The position numbers and the translations under genes were made by a program. This document shows positions 39,963 through 49,840 of a DNA stretch of 64,000 bases, one piece after another; position 1 is the first letter of the stretch; every line of letters begins with the position of its first letter. Source of the stretch: Candidatus Nomurabacteria bacterium (GTDB lineage Bacteria; Patescibacteriota; Minisyncoccia; Phycocordibacterales; SBAW01); the NCBI GenBank assembly GCA_943356495.1, contig CALRFF010000002.1:165875-229874 (forward strand). Reading direction: 5' to 3'. The notes under the pieces are model-generated. The model made no database searches and had not been told where the DNA came from. It worked only from the letters and a program-made list of their open reading frames with translations.

Positions 39963-41327
39963 CACATCAGGGAGAGCCTGAAGTATCGCTTGTGCGATGC
40001 GTTCCCCCGCTTTGCCGTCTTGCAATGGCCCGTACTGCTCTCGCGAGAGCAACTCGCGCCGTTCGCGGTCGAGCTCGGGATGTGCGAGATACTTCAGCAG
40101 CCACTCCAAAAGCTCCACTTTGCTTTTGACGATACGAAAGCCGCCGGTAGCGACCGCGTTACTATGGTGCTCGGTGCCGTAATAAAAGGTAGGGGTCTTG
40201 AGCCACTCTTTTACGGGCTTTAATAAAAAATCGATATTTATGACCGGCGTACCGACCACGGCGGCGTCGACGCTGATTGACGAGGTGTAGGTAACCAACA
40301 CGGCGGCATGCTTGAGCGATGAGTTGAGGTCGCGCAGGTCGGCGTCTGTCATGTCCCAGTCGCCGCCGCGCTCGGGCCCTAGCCGTATGCCCGGCAAGTC
40401 GTAGATAAGCCACGGGCGTTTAGCAATTTCCTCTTTATCTAAAAAGTCGTTGGGCTGAAAGCGCACCAACATCTGCGCATCGGGGACCTCCTTTGTTTCG
40501 TCGATCATCCGGTGCAAGAGGTCGATGAGCTCCCAGTCACTGTCGCTAAAGGTGGCACCCATGGGGGCGACCAGTACCAGTTTTTTGGCGGGATCGAGGC
40601 CCTTTTTTGCAAAAAATGTCTCCCGCGGCTCGGGCTCTTCGGTGATGTAGCGGTCGTACTGCGGTATACCAGTGAGCACGATACGCTCGGCCGGCATGTC
40701 CGCATGCCGCACAGCGTCCCTTTTAACGGCCTCGTTGTACACAATCATCACGTCGGGCAGTAGCCGCACAGTCCAACGGGCCGTCAGGCGGTCCCATGAG
40801 TTGATAAACCCAACGGTCTTGATACCGAGCCGCTTGGCCTCGCGCAGGAGCGATATCTCCACATCGTCGAAAAGGTTGGTGCACACCAACAAATCCGGCG
40901 CCTCGGCGCGCAAAAGTTCTGATACCCGCGGATCGCGGATAAGATGACGGTCGAGCGTGCGGATCACTCGGCGCACTGGCCCCATCGAGCAGATGCGATT
41001 GAGCAGAACGCCGCCGATAAAGTTGGCGTACCGCCCAGTGTCGTGAGCCAGCATGCGGCGGCGCAAGTCGGTGGTCTTGGTACGTATCGTGTATTTTTTT
41101 AGAAAGCCGAACAGCTTCTCGAACATGCCTGGCGGCGCCTCATAAAACGCGATATACGAGGTGCGCGGCAGGGTAAACTCTTGCGCATAATGAAAGGCAC
41201 GTTCCTCGCTTTGCACGAGCATCTGTAGCTCGACCTGTGGGTCGGCAAGAAGGGTCTTTACAATATCGGTCCGCAGGACATTTTTGACCGTAACGGCCTG
41301 CGTAATGGTTACAAGGACTTTTTGCAT
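39942..41327 (-). CDS. TagF-like GT-B protein, paralog 3
   Basis: SWDRL, GIPQYD, VRFQP, SSISVDA, DGKAGERI. Confidence 0.6.
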   Translation of the reverse strand: MQKVLVTITQAVTVKNVLRTDIVKTLLADPQVELQMLVQSEERAFHYAQEFTLPRTSYIAFYEAPPGMFEKLFGFLKKYTIRTKTTDLRRRMLAHDTGRYANFIGGVLLNRICSMGPVRRVIRTLDRHLIRDPRVSELLRAEAPDLLVCTNLFDDVEISLLREAKRLGIKTVGFINSWDRLTARWTVRLLPDVMIVYNEAVKRDAVRHADMPAERIVLTGIPQYDRYITEEPEPRETFFAKKGLDPAKKLVLVAPMGATFSDSDWELIDLLHRMIDETKEVPDAQMLVRFQPNDFLDKEEIAKRPWLIYDLPGIRLGPERGGDWDMTDADLRDLNSSLKHAAVLVTYTSSISVDAAVVGTPVINIDFLLKPVKEWLKTPTFYYGTEHHSNAVATGGFRIVKSKVELLEWLLKYLAHPELDRERRELLSREQYGPLQDGKAGERIAQAILQALPDVLHTGAL

Positions 41328-41359
41328 GTGGTGTAGTTATATACTACTATTGCCGCTGT

Positions 41360-42538
41360 ATGAAGGTAACCTCGGTAGACATGCTGCACGCCGACGCGGG
41401 TTGGCGCCCGTGGTCGTTCGTTAAAATCGTGACCGACACGGGGCTTGTGGGCTGGAGCGAGTGCACCGACTCGCACGGTTCGCCGCGGGGCATGGAGGGG
41501 GTGGTGCGCGACTTGGCGCCGCTTATTGTGGGAGAGGACCCGCGCCGCATCGAATTGTTGCTTGCCCGCATGCACGCGCGCACGCGCCAAAGCCCCGGTA
41601 GTGTAGTCCAAAAAGCAATCGGCGGGATAGAAAACGCATTGTGGGATATTACCGGCAAGGCGCTCGGCGTGCCGGTGCACGCCCTTTTTGGCGGCGCGGT
41701 GCGTGACCAGATACCGCTGTATTGGTCGCACTGCGGCACGTCGCGCGTGCGCGCGTGGCAGACCGTAGGGAAGCCCCAGATTAAAACGCAGGCGGACCTC
41801 GACTTGTTTGGCGCAGAAGTGAAAGCCTCGGGATTTACCGCGCTCAAGACGAATATCGGCATACTCTCCGGCGAGCCGCGGGTGTATATGCCGGGATTTT
41901 ATAAAAGCGAAGGCGGCCCCGAACGTAACGCCGACACAGCGCTGCTAAAAGAAATAGACGCCTGGGTCGGCGGCATGCGCCGCGCGGTGGGGGACGATAT
42001 CGGCATTGCGCTCGACCTTAACTTTAACTTTAAGACCGAAGGGTACATTAAGGTCGGCCGCATGTTAGAGAAATATAATTTATTGTGGCTCGAGATAGAC
42101 ACCTACGACCCCGATGCCCTGCGGCAGATAAAAGACGCAGTACGCACGCCGGTTACTTCGTGCGAAAACCTGTACGGTTTGCGCCAATATCGCCCCTATT
42201 TTGAAAAGCATGCCATGGACGTCGCTTCGGTAGATGTTATTTGGAACGGATTTTCCGAATCAAAAAAAATAGCCGACATGGCCAACTTGTATGAAATGAA
42301 CGTCACCCCGCACAACTACAACGGGCATCTTTCGACCGCGATAAGCGCTCATTTTTGCGCGCTGGTACCGAACCTGCGCATGATGGAAGTCGACGTGGAC
42401 GACGTGCCGTGGCGCGACGAGTTGTTTACCGCGGTGCCTAAGGTGGTAAACGGCATGCTCGGCGTACCGCAAAGTCCCGGTTGGGGAGTCGATGTCAATG
42501 AAGAGGTACTTAAAGCGCATCCGTGGCCAAAACCATAA
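41360..42538 (+). CDS. Mandelate racemase/acid-sugar dehydratase (enolase superfamily)
   Basis: ALWDITGKALGVPV..LFGG, KTN, D/E/E metal ligands, PHN. Confidence 0.88.
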   Translation: MKVTSVDMLHADAGWRPWSFVKIVTDTGLVGWSECTDSHGSPRGMEGVVRDLAPLIVGEDPRRIELLLARMHARTRQSPGSVVQKAIGGIENALWDITGKALGVPVHALFGGAVRDQIPLYWSHCGTSRVRAWQTVGKPQIKTQADLDLFGAEVKASGFTALKTNIGILSGEPRVYMPGFYKSEGGPERNADTALLKEIDAWVGGMRRAVGDDIGIALDLNFNFKTEGYIKVGRMLEKYNLLWLEIDTYDPDALRQIKDAVRTPVTSCENLYGLRQYRPYFEKHAMDVASVDVIWNGFSESKKIADMANLYEMNVTPHNYNGHLSTAISAHFCALVPNLRMMEVDVDDVPWRDELFTAVPKVVNGMLGVPQSPGWGVDVNEEVLKAHPWPKP

Positions 42539-43365
42539 TCCCTAAGACTATAGGCATACTCGGCCCCGGCGCCATCGGGGGTCTTTTGGCGCAGCGCTTG
42601 GCCGCCTGCGGGCATCGCATGGTGCTACTTGGCCGCGGCGAACGGCTTACCGAGCCGGTCGACCTGCTTTTTATAACCGTTAAGTCGCCGCATCTTGTCG
42701 AGGCGCTTGCCCAAGTGCCGCGCGAGCATGTGGTGGGCGCGGTAACCGTGCCGCTCTTAAACGGCGCGGGTCATGCGGCAGCCGTCCGCGCCGCGCTCGG
42801 CACGCCGGTTGCTGCAGGCACTATCGGTTCGGTCGAGGCAGTAGTTGAAGACGGTGTGGCAAAACAGTTGTCGGTTAATCCGCCGCATATAGACCTTGCC
42901 TCGCGCGAAGTGTCGCGCGAAATGCTCAATACTATAGCCGAGATACTGCGCGACGCGGGGCTGAGCGTCTCGGTCTTAGATAGCGAAGAAGAAGTGGTAT
43001 GGAAAAAGTTGGTGCGGCTTAACGCGATAGCCACCGCCACCGCCGCGGCAGGCCAGCCACTGGGTATGGTGCGCACCGACCCTGTGTGGCGCCCCGTGCT
43101 TGAAGCGTTAGTGCAAGAAAGTTCTGCGGTTGCCGCCGCCGAAGGGGTTGCGGTACCGCCCGCACAAGTACTTGCCGACATCGACAAGTTGCCGGCATCG
43201 CTTATGACGTCGCTCCAACGCGATATCGCGGCGGGGAAACCATCGGAACTCGATGCCATACCGGGCGGGGTGCTTGCGCTTGCGGCGCGCTACGGCGTGG
43301 CGTGCCCCGTGCTTGCGGCGCAGTATGCCGCCTTGATAAAACACACAAAGTCGCCAATAGTATAA
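42523..43365 (+). CDS. Ketopantoate reductase (PanE/ApbA)-like protein
   Basis: GPGAIG, TVKS, LLNG, WKKL..N, SLQRD..G..SELD. Confidence 0.78.
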   Translation: MAKTIIPKTIGILGPGAIGGLLAQRLAACGHRMVLLGRGERLTEPVDLLFITVKSPHLVEALAQVPREHVVGAVTVPLLNGAGHAAAVRAALGTPVAAGTIGSVEAVVEDGVAKQLSVNPPHIDLASREVSREMLNTIAEILRDAGLSVSVLDSEEEVVWKKLVRLNAIATATAAAGQPLGMVRTDPVWRPVLEALVQESSAVAAAEGVAVPPAQVLADIDKLPASLMTSLQRDIAAGKPSELDAIPGGVLALAARYGVACPVLAAQYAALIKHTKSPIV

Positions 43366-43369
43366 CGGT

Positions 43370-44104
43370 ATGGATAGCGCGCCGAAGATTATGGTGCTTG
43401 TGGGCATACGCTCGGGCTCTAAGGGCGTGCCTAATAAAAATATACGGCCCTTGGCGGGCAAGCCCTTGGTCGGCTGGATACTTGAGGCCGCCGCGCGCTC
43501 AAAGCACGTCAATCGGATTGTCGTGTCGACCGACAGCGAAGAGTATGCCGCAGTAGCGCGTAGCTTTGGCGCCGAGGTGCCGGTGCTGCGCCCTGTCGAG
43601 CTTGCGGCAGACCGCTCTCCGGAGTTTGAGTATGTCAAACACATGCTGGCGTGGTTGCGCGAACACGAAGGCTACGAGCCCGACCTTGTGGTGCGTGCGA
43701 TGGCGACGGTGCCGCTACAATCAACCGAGGACATCGACGGCGTGGTGGAGCTGTTGCTCGGCGACTCCGCGGCGGACTCGGCGGTAGTCGTTGCCGAGGC
43801 GCATCAGCATCCGCACAAAGCGTTAAAAATAGTAGAGGAGGGAGGGCATAAAAAAGTACTCACCTATTTTACCGACAGCGGCCGCGAGGTAACGCCGCTT
43901 GCGCGCCAAGGGTACGAAAAAGCCTACTTCCGCGCCAACATTATCGCGTTCCGTCCGCGGGTTATTAAAGACACCGACTCGCTTACCGGCGACACCGTGC
44001 GGCCGTACGTCATACCGCAGGACCGTGCGGTCGATATAGACAGTGAAGCGGATTTTTTTATCATCGAACAGCTTATCAATAGCCGCCGCGGGGAAAACCG
44101 ATAA
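43370..44104 (+). CDS. neuA: CMP-nonulosonic acid synthetase (acylneuraminate cytidylyltransferase) 1
   Basis: RSGSKGVPNKNI, VSTD, RP..LA.D, DIDSEADF. Confidence 0.85.
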   Translation: MDSAPKIMVLVGIRSGSKGVPNKNIRPLAGKPLVGWILEAAARSKHVNRIVVSTDSEEYAAVARSFGAEVPVLRPVELAADRSPEFEYVKHMLAWLREHEGYEPDLVVRAMATVPLQSTEDIDGVVELLLGDSAADSAVVVAEAHQHPHKALKIVEEGGHKKVLTYFTDSGREVTPLARQGYEKAYFRANIIAFRPRVIKDTDSLTGDTVRPYVIPQDRAVDIDSEADFFIIEQLINSRRGENR

Positions 44105-44109
44105 TTCGT

Positions 44110-44526
44110 ATGGCCGTACATATTATAAAAGCGCAGATAGACGAAACGCTTGCCGCGGCGCCGCTGCAGGGCAAACATCTCGTCGAGCCGCTCAAAAGCA
44201 TTGCCGCCCAAACCGGCTTCCCGCTTAAAGTGCTTGAGGACGTTGCCGTAGTAAACGAGGCCGAGATACATAAGACCGAAGGCGACCTCTGGCAATGCGT
44301 CGAAGGAGAGGTGGAGTTTATATGCGGGGGCGAATTGGTTGACCCGCGTTTTGTTAAACGCGCCGACGGCTCGGACAATACTGATGAGCTTAAGGCGGCG
44401 GAGATACGCGGCGGCGTTAAAACTATACTGCGTCCCGGCGATTGGCTGTGGATACCTCCGGGCGAGCCGCACGTGCACTCATGTGCCGGCGTCGCGCGGT
44501 TGCTTATAGTTAAAATTCCGCGGTAA
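44110..44526 (+). CDS. Cupin domain protein
   Basis: EIH..EGD, PGDWLWIPPGEPH. Confidence 0.72.
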   Translation: MAVHIIKAQIDETLAAAPLQGKHLVEPLKSIAAQTGFPLKVLEDVAVVNEAEIHKTEGDLWQCVEGEVEFICGGELVDPRFVKRADGSDNTDELKAAEIRGGVKTILRPGDWLWIPPGEPHVHSCAGVARLLIVKIPR

Positions 44527-44528
44527 TC

Positions 44529-44557
44529 TTGACAAAAATAATTTTTGTGATTACTGT
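44529..44557 (+). promoter_or_regulatory. Sigma70 promoter of the second cupin gene
   Basis: TTGACA-17 nt-TACTGT. Confidence 0.65.
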
Positions 44558-44586
44558 ATGCGCAGAGTCAACTGAGGAGATCTTCC

Positions 44587-45018
44587 ATGGCTAAACACAT
44601 CGGTGTTGAGTTCGTTGAGCCCAAAGAAGTCGGCCCGCGGCCATGGGGGCGCGAGCTCCTTATCGGCGTGGTACCGGGGCACTACAGCTTCAAGATTCTG
44701 GAAGTGAAGGCCGGCAACAAGGGCGGCCTCCAGAAGCATCACCAGAAGGACGAGATGGGGTATCTGGTGTCGGGGCGGCTTATTGTGCGCTTTGACCCCG
44801 GCACCGGCACGATTGAGGAGAAGGTACTCGGTCCCGGCGCCTGCTTCCACTTTCCGCCCGGGGCGGTGCATCAGGAAGAGGCTCTGACCGACTGCGTCAT
44901 CATCGAAGCCTCGACCCCGCACTTTAACGACCGGGTGCGGATGGAGCCCCAGTACGGGATGGAAATCCCGCCGGGTGGGCTCCCTTCAACCAAGCCCGAG
45001 GACGTCGAAACCCGCTGA
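44587..45018 (+). CDS. Cupin (mannose-6-phosphate isomerase type II C-terminal-like)
   Basis: RPWG.E, LQKH..KDE, PPG..H, EASTPH..D..R; GAGGAG SD. Confidence 0.8.
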   Translation: MAKHIGVEFVEPKEVGPRPWGRELLIGVVPGHYSFKILEVKAGNKGGLQKHHQKDEMGYLVSGRLIVRFDPGTGTIEEKVLGPGACFHFPPGAVHQEEALTDCVIIEASTPHFNDRVRMEPQYGMEIPPGGLPSTKPEDVETR

Positions 45019-45107
45019 ATATGCAACCTTTTCCCCCGTGTGCCGTTATAAATGGCACCCGGGGTATTTTCTTGATAGAAACAAAACCTTGTGGTACAGT
45101 GCGACCC

Positions 45108-46244
45108 ATGTCAGAGAGCCCAAAACCCAACTTCCGGGAGCAATTGCGCGGTGCTAAAAGCACCTTTTATCTCAGTGCTCAAAAGATAGGTCACGGCCAG
45201 CCGGCGTACTTTATCGCCGAGATAGGCAACAACCACAACGGAGACTTTTTTCTTGCCAAACGCAGTATCGAAGAAGCGGCCAAGGCGGGCGCTCACGCGG
45301 TCAAATTTCAAAAACGCTCTATCAACGACACGTTTGCAAAAGAGTTGCGCGATAAGCCCCAGACCAAAGGTGACATTAAAGGCACTACGTACGGCACCTA
45401 TCGCGAAGGGCTTGAGCTTTCGTTCGAGCAGTTTGTCGAGCTTAAAAAGGTCGCCGAGTTCCACAAGGTCGCCTTTTTTGCGACTCCGTTTGATATACCG
45501 AGCGTCGACTTTTTGGAAAAGGTAGGGGTGCCGTTTTATAAAATAGCGTCCTTCGATGTTACTAACCTGCCGCTTCTTGCGCGCGTTGCCGAAACAAAGA
45601 AGCCGGTCATACTCTCGACCGGCATGGCCACACTCGAAGAGATAGATGAGGCTGTCTCCACGATACTTGCGCACCACAACGAGCTCGCAATTTTGCACTG
45701 CGTTTCTATTTACCCGTCTCCGGACGAGGTTATTAATATCGGCGGCATCAAAATTTTGGAGCGGCGCTACCACCCGTTGCCGATAGGCTACTCGGGCCAC
45801 GAGCAGGACATATTGGCCAGCCTGACCGCCGTCGCGCTCGGCGCATCTATTGTCGAGCGGCATTTTACCCTGTCGCGTTTGCTCCCCGGCCCCGACCATG
45901 CGTCGGTGTCGATAGAACCCCACACCTTTGCCGAGATGGTGCGCTCGGCCGCGCGTATGCGCACTATCCGCGGCACTCGCGGCAAAGAGCTTCTTGATGC
46001 GGAAAAAGTAACCCGCGACAAGCACGGCAAAAGCGTCGTTGCAAAAGTCGCCATACCTAAAGGTGCGATCATTACCGAAGCTATGCTTACCTGCAAGAGC
46101 CCCGGGTACGGACTGAAGCCCCGCGACCTACCGGCGTTGGTCGGTTTGCGTACCACGTGCGCTATTGATGCCGACGCCGTTATCCGACGCGAGGACATCG
46201 CTTGGGAAGACCGCTTGGTCCCCGCCGTACACCCGCAGTCATGA
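45108..46244 (+). CDS. neuB: N-acetylneuraminate synthase family protein with SAF domain
   Basis: IAEIGNNHNG, AVKFQ, TPFD, KIAS, LSTGM, HCVSIYP, GYSGH, ERHFT, DH. Confidence 0.92.
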   Translation: MSESPKPNFREQLRGAKSTFYLSAQKIGHGQPAYFIAEIGNNHNGDFFLAKRSIEEAAKAGAHAVKFQKRSINDTFAKELRDKPQTKGDIKGTTYGTYREGLELSFEQFVELKKVAEFHKVAFFATPFDIPSVDFLEKVGVPFYKIASFDVTNLPLLARVAETKKPVILSTGMATLEEIDEAVSTILAHHNELAILHCVSIYPSPDEVINIGGIKILERRYHPLPIGYSGHEQDILASLTAVALGASIVERHFTLSRLLPGPDHASVSIEPHTFAEMVRSAARMRTIRGTRGKELLDAEKVTRDKHGKSVVAKVAIPKGAIITEAMLTCKSPGYGLKPRDLPALVGLRTTCAIDADAVIRREDIAWEDRLVPAVHPQS

Positions 46245-46990
46245 GCGTCCCAAAAATTTTAGCCGTTATACCCGTGCGCGGGGGCTCTAAGTCGGTCCCG
46301 CGCAAAAATATCCGCCTGCTCGGAGGCAAGCCTTTGGTTGCGCACGTACTCGATGCGGCGCTCGACTCGAAGATGCTTACTTGTGTGGCGGTGTCCTCTG
46401 AAGACCCGGAGATTCTTGCGGTCGCCGCCCAGCACGGCCGCGGTCGCGCGGAAATTATTACCCGCCCCGCGGCGTTGGCTCAGGACGACACGCCCTCCTT
46501 GCCGGTTATTGTGCACGCGGTCGAGGAGCTGGAAAAAAAGCACGGCCGCTTTGACTACGTGGTCATGTTGCAGGCGACTACTCCTTTTGTGCGCACGGAA
46601 GACATAGACGCCTCTCTGAAACTCCTTTTAGATGCCGGCACCGACTCGGTGTTTTCGGTCTGCAAGGCGACCTCGTATCATCCTGCAAAAATGAAGCGCA
46701 TTACCGACGATAACCGCTTGGTGCAGTATGTCGAAGGTATGCCTGAAACCCAGTTTACCCGACAGAAGTTAGATCCAGTATACCGCCGCAACGGCGGGAT
46801 ATACGCGCACAAGCGCGCGGTCGTTATGGAGCGGGGGCTCCTGTACGGTTCGGACAGTACGGTGTGCCGGCCGTATATCATGAGCGACGAACGCTCGGTC
46901 GACATAAACAGCATGGCCGACTTTTTGGCGGCTGAAGCCATTTTCGGCTATTTGCAGGCAGGAGGAGAAGAAAAGTTCGGTAAAAAATAA
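46241..46990 (+). CDS. neuA: CMP-nonulosonic acid synthetase 2
   Basis: IPVRGGSKSVPRKNI, LQAT.P, NGGIY, SVDIN..ADF. Confidence 0.87.
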   Translation: MSVPKILAVIPVRGGSKSVPRKNIRLLGGKPLVAHVLDAALDSKMLTCVAVSSEDPEILAVAAQHGRGRAEIITRPAALAQDDTPSLPVIVHAVEELEKKHGRFDYVVMLQATTPFVRTEDIDASLKLLLDAGTDSVFSVCKATSYHPAKMKRITDDNRLVQYVEGMPETQFTRQKLDPVYRRNGGIYAHKRAVVMERGLLYGSDSTVCRPYIMSDERSVDINSMADFLAAEAIFGYLQAGGEEKFGKK

Positions 46991-46991
46991 T

Positions 46992-48707
46992 ATGCCCGCC
47001 CATAAAAATATAGACACTATTTGCATAGCGCCCGACACCGCGATAGCGGACACGTTGCGGGTGCTTGCCCGCAACAAGCCGCAAAAAAGCGGTATCCCCG
47101 GCGGCATCGCATTAGTGGTCGACGATTCCCGCACGCTTTTAGGGCTCGTCACCAGCGGAGACTTGCTGCGCGCGGTCGCCAAAGGCACGCCTTTGGCGCG
47201 GCCGGTGCGGAGCATTATGAATAAGGACCCGTTTGTGATTGTCGGCCGGCAGCCCGCCGCCGAGGTGGTGCGCCTTGCGGTGCAAAAAACCCGCGAAGAG
47301 GGCTGGCACAAAGACAGGCTGGAAAAAATTGTCATTGTCGACGCCAAGCGCAAGGTGCTTGATTTGGTCGACCTGTATGACCTGTGGCAGGGCAGCGACA
47401 TACGTCTGCGCCGTATCGCGGTCGTGGGGCTCGGCTACGTAGGGCTTACGTTGGGCCTGACGCTCGCGGATTTGGGCTTTGAAGTGCGGGGGTTTGATCT
47501 GAACGAAAAAGTGCGTGCCATGGTGTCGCGCAAAAAAGCGCCGTTTTTTGAGCTGGGGCTCCCCGAGCTTTTGACCACGCATGTGGGCAAGCGCTTTGCG
47601 GCCGTGGGCACGCTTACCGGCAACGAGTGCGAGGCGTATTTTATTGCCGTCGGTACGCCGCTTAACGCCGCTAAAAAGCCGGACCTCGGACACTTGCGCG
47701 CCGCGGCACAAAGCGTCGGTAAAGTATTAAAGCAAGGTGATGTCGTTATATTGCGTTCGACCGTGCCGCTCGGCACCACGCGCACGGTGGTAGTGCCGAT
47801 ACTGGAAAAGGCATCGGGGCTTACGGCGGGCGAAGACTTTTATGTCGCGTTTGCGCCGGAGCGCACGGTCGAGGGCAAGGCGCTCGAAGAGCTGCGCACC
47901 CTGCCGCAGGTTATCGGCGGTATTAACCGCGCCTCGGCCAACGTGGCGGCGGATATTTTTAACCTGATGACGCGCACTATCCACTTGGTGGACACGCTCG
48001 AAGAGGCCGAGGTGATAAAACTTATCAACAACACCTACCGCGACGTGTCCTTTGCTTTTGCCAACGAAGTGGCGCTTATCTGCCAACGCTGGGGGATAGA
48101 TACCAACAAAGTCATTACCGCGGCCAACGCCGGCTACGAGCGCAGCCGCGTCCCCAAGCCGTCCCCCGGGGTGGGCGGGTACTGTTTGGACAAAGATCCG
48201 TACATTTTTATCGAAGGCGGCAAAGCAAAACAGTACGAGTCCGCGCTGTTTAAAGAAGCGCGCGCGGTTAATACCGCTATTTTGCAGGTAGTGGTCGCTG
48301 ACGCCGTGGCGCACTTGCGTGCCGCGGGCAAAAAAAATCCGAAAGTCTTCGTGCTCGGCTTTGCCTTTAAGGGCAAGCCGGCCACCTCCGACCTGCGCGG
48401 CTCCTCCACGCTTATATTGGTCGAGGGTCTGCGTAAAGCGGGATACAAAAACATCCACGGCTTTGACCCGGTGGTCGGCGCTGCCGAGCTGCGCAAACTG
48501 CGCGTGCGCCCCGTTGCCGACCCGAAAGAAGGGTTTAAAGCTGCCGACTTGGTGATTATTATGAACAATCACGCGTACTTCGAGCAGCCCGACATGGTGC
48601 GCCACCTGCGCCACGCCGCCAAAGGCGCGCTCTTTTTTGACACTTGGGCGCTCCACAATCCGGAAGAAGTCGCCAAAATCTCCAACATCAAGTACCGCCG
48701 CCTATAA
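46992..48707 (+). CDS. CBS-domain-fused nucleotide-sugar 6-dehydrogenase (WecC/Ugd-like)
   Basis: N-terminal CBS pair; GLGYVG, IAVGTP, RSTVP, PER, GVGGYC, GFAFK..TSDLRGS. Confidence 0.85.
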   Translation: MPAHKNIDTICIAPDTAIADTLRVLARNKPQKSGIPGGIALVVDDSRTLLGLVTSGDLLRAVAKGTPLARPVRSIMNKDPFVIVGRQPAAEVVRLAVQKTREEGWHKDRLEKIVIVDAKRKVLDLVDLYDLWQGSDIRLRRIAVVGLGYVGLTLGLTLADLGFEVRGFDLNEKVRAMVSRKKAPFFELGLPELLTTHVGKRFAAVGTLTGNECEAYFIAVGTPLNAAKKPDLGHLRAAAQSVGKVLKQGDVVILRSTVPLGTTRTVVVPILEKASGLTAGEDFYVAFAPERTVEGKALEELRTLPQVIGGINRASANVAADIFNLMTRTIHLVDTLEEAEVIKLINNTYRDVSFAFANEVALICQRWGIDTNKVITAANAGYERSRVPKPSPGVGGYCLDKDPYIFIEGGKAKQYESALFKEARAVNTAILQVVVADAVAHLRAAGKKNPKVFVLGFAFKGKPATSDLRGSSTLILVEGLRKAGYKNIHGFDPVVGAAELRKLRVRPVADPKEGFKAADLVIIMNNHAYFEQPDMVRHLRHAAKGALFFDTWALHNPEEVAKISNIKYRRL

Positions 48708-49813
48708 TGGAACCCTGCATTGTCACTAACTTCGCGTACGGCACGGGGCCGTACCTGCGCACGACCGAGCTTGCGCTCGCCTTTAACGACGAGCTCGAGC
48801 GCCGCGGGCACAAGCGCATGAAGATAGTGGTGCCCTTGGTGTACGGCGAGCGGCAAAAACAAGTATTGGCAGAGGAATTCGGCGAGCATCCTGAAATTAT
48901 ATTTGACGAAACGCTCGGTGCGCTGTTAAAGAGCGTGTTTTATACGGGCGAGAAAAAATATGAAGAGAGTCTGCGTACGTGGATAACAAAGGCAGACGAG
49001 GTGTCGCGCGCCGCGCATGAGTATTTGAAAGACAAAAACGTCGCGGTCGAGATTAACCGCTCTCCGCGCGTGCGCTACGATGTGGCGCCCAGCTACTCGA
49101 CCGGCTTTGGCTACGTCGCCGATATTCTGGAGCATGCGCTGGCCGCGGGCCGTAGTGTGGTCGATGTAGACCCCGAGTTGCTTAAGGCCGGTATTGCGCT
49201 TGCCGACCGCATCGAGGGTAAGCAAGATTTGCGTTGCATGGCGTATCCCGCAACCTTTTCGTCGTTCCAAAACTACAAGCCGCGCTACGACGGCGAGGTG
49301 CTTGTCCCGCCGATTACCGACCTGCCCAAGGCGCGCGTGCACGAGCCGATGGAAGACGGTTTGTTTGTAACGATTACCGGTATTGAAGGGCTCGAACGTT
49401 TGTACGCCGAGGCCCGCGCGCTGGGGCTAAAGCTGTACTCCAACGACACCGGTGCCGTAGCGGGTGCGGTTAAAGCGTTACCGCACGTGCTCGGTAACCC
49501 CGCTATTAAACTGCAGTTTGCGCGCGCGGGCTGGGGGTCGGTATGGCTGTCGATGTTTACCGGCGTGCCGGTAGTGGTGCCGCAATACGACAAAACCGAT
49601 GACCCGGAGATTTATTGCAACAACAAAGCGGTCGAAGCAACCGGCATCGGTGTGGTGTACCGCGGCCAGCCGCTTGTGGAGATTATGGCGCAGGGCGACG
49701 CCGTGCGCGCAGCCCAAAAAAAGATGCGGGACGCTATTGTGGCGCGGTGGGGGACGCTTAGCGGCAACGAGGTGTGCGCCAAACTCATGGCCGACCGGTT
49801 TCTTGCCAAGTAG
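48707..49813 (+). CDS. Hypothetical GT-B-like protein
   Basis: AYGTGP..R, FARAGWGSV...GVP resemble GT28-like motifs; translationally coupled. Confidence 0.5.
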   Translation: MEPCIVTNFAYGTGPYLRTTELALAFNDELERRGHKRMKIVVPLVYGERQKQVLAEEFGEHPEIIFDETLGALLKSVFYTGEKKYEESLRTWITKADEVSRAAHEYLKDKNVAVEINRSPRVRYDVAPSYSTGFGYVADILEHALAAGRSVVDVDPELLKAGIALADRIEGKQDLRCMAYPATFSSFQNYKPRYDGEVLVPPITDLPKARVHEPMEDGLFVTITGIEGLERLYAEARALGLKLYSNDTGAVAGAVKALPHVLGNPAIKLQFARAGWGSVWLSMFTGVPVVVPQYDKTDDPEIYCNNKAVEATGIGVVYRGQPLVEIMAQGDAVRAAQKKMRDAIVARWGTLSGNEVCAKLMADRFLAK

Positions 49814-49840
49814 GCGGTTTTTATGTACAGTGTTTCGGCT

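Noticed and set aside
45111-48656. Long antisense ORFs (e.g. 45111-46025, 47727-48656)
   Set aside because: Shadow frames of well-supported GC-rich genes, with no recognisable motifs.
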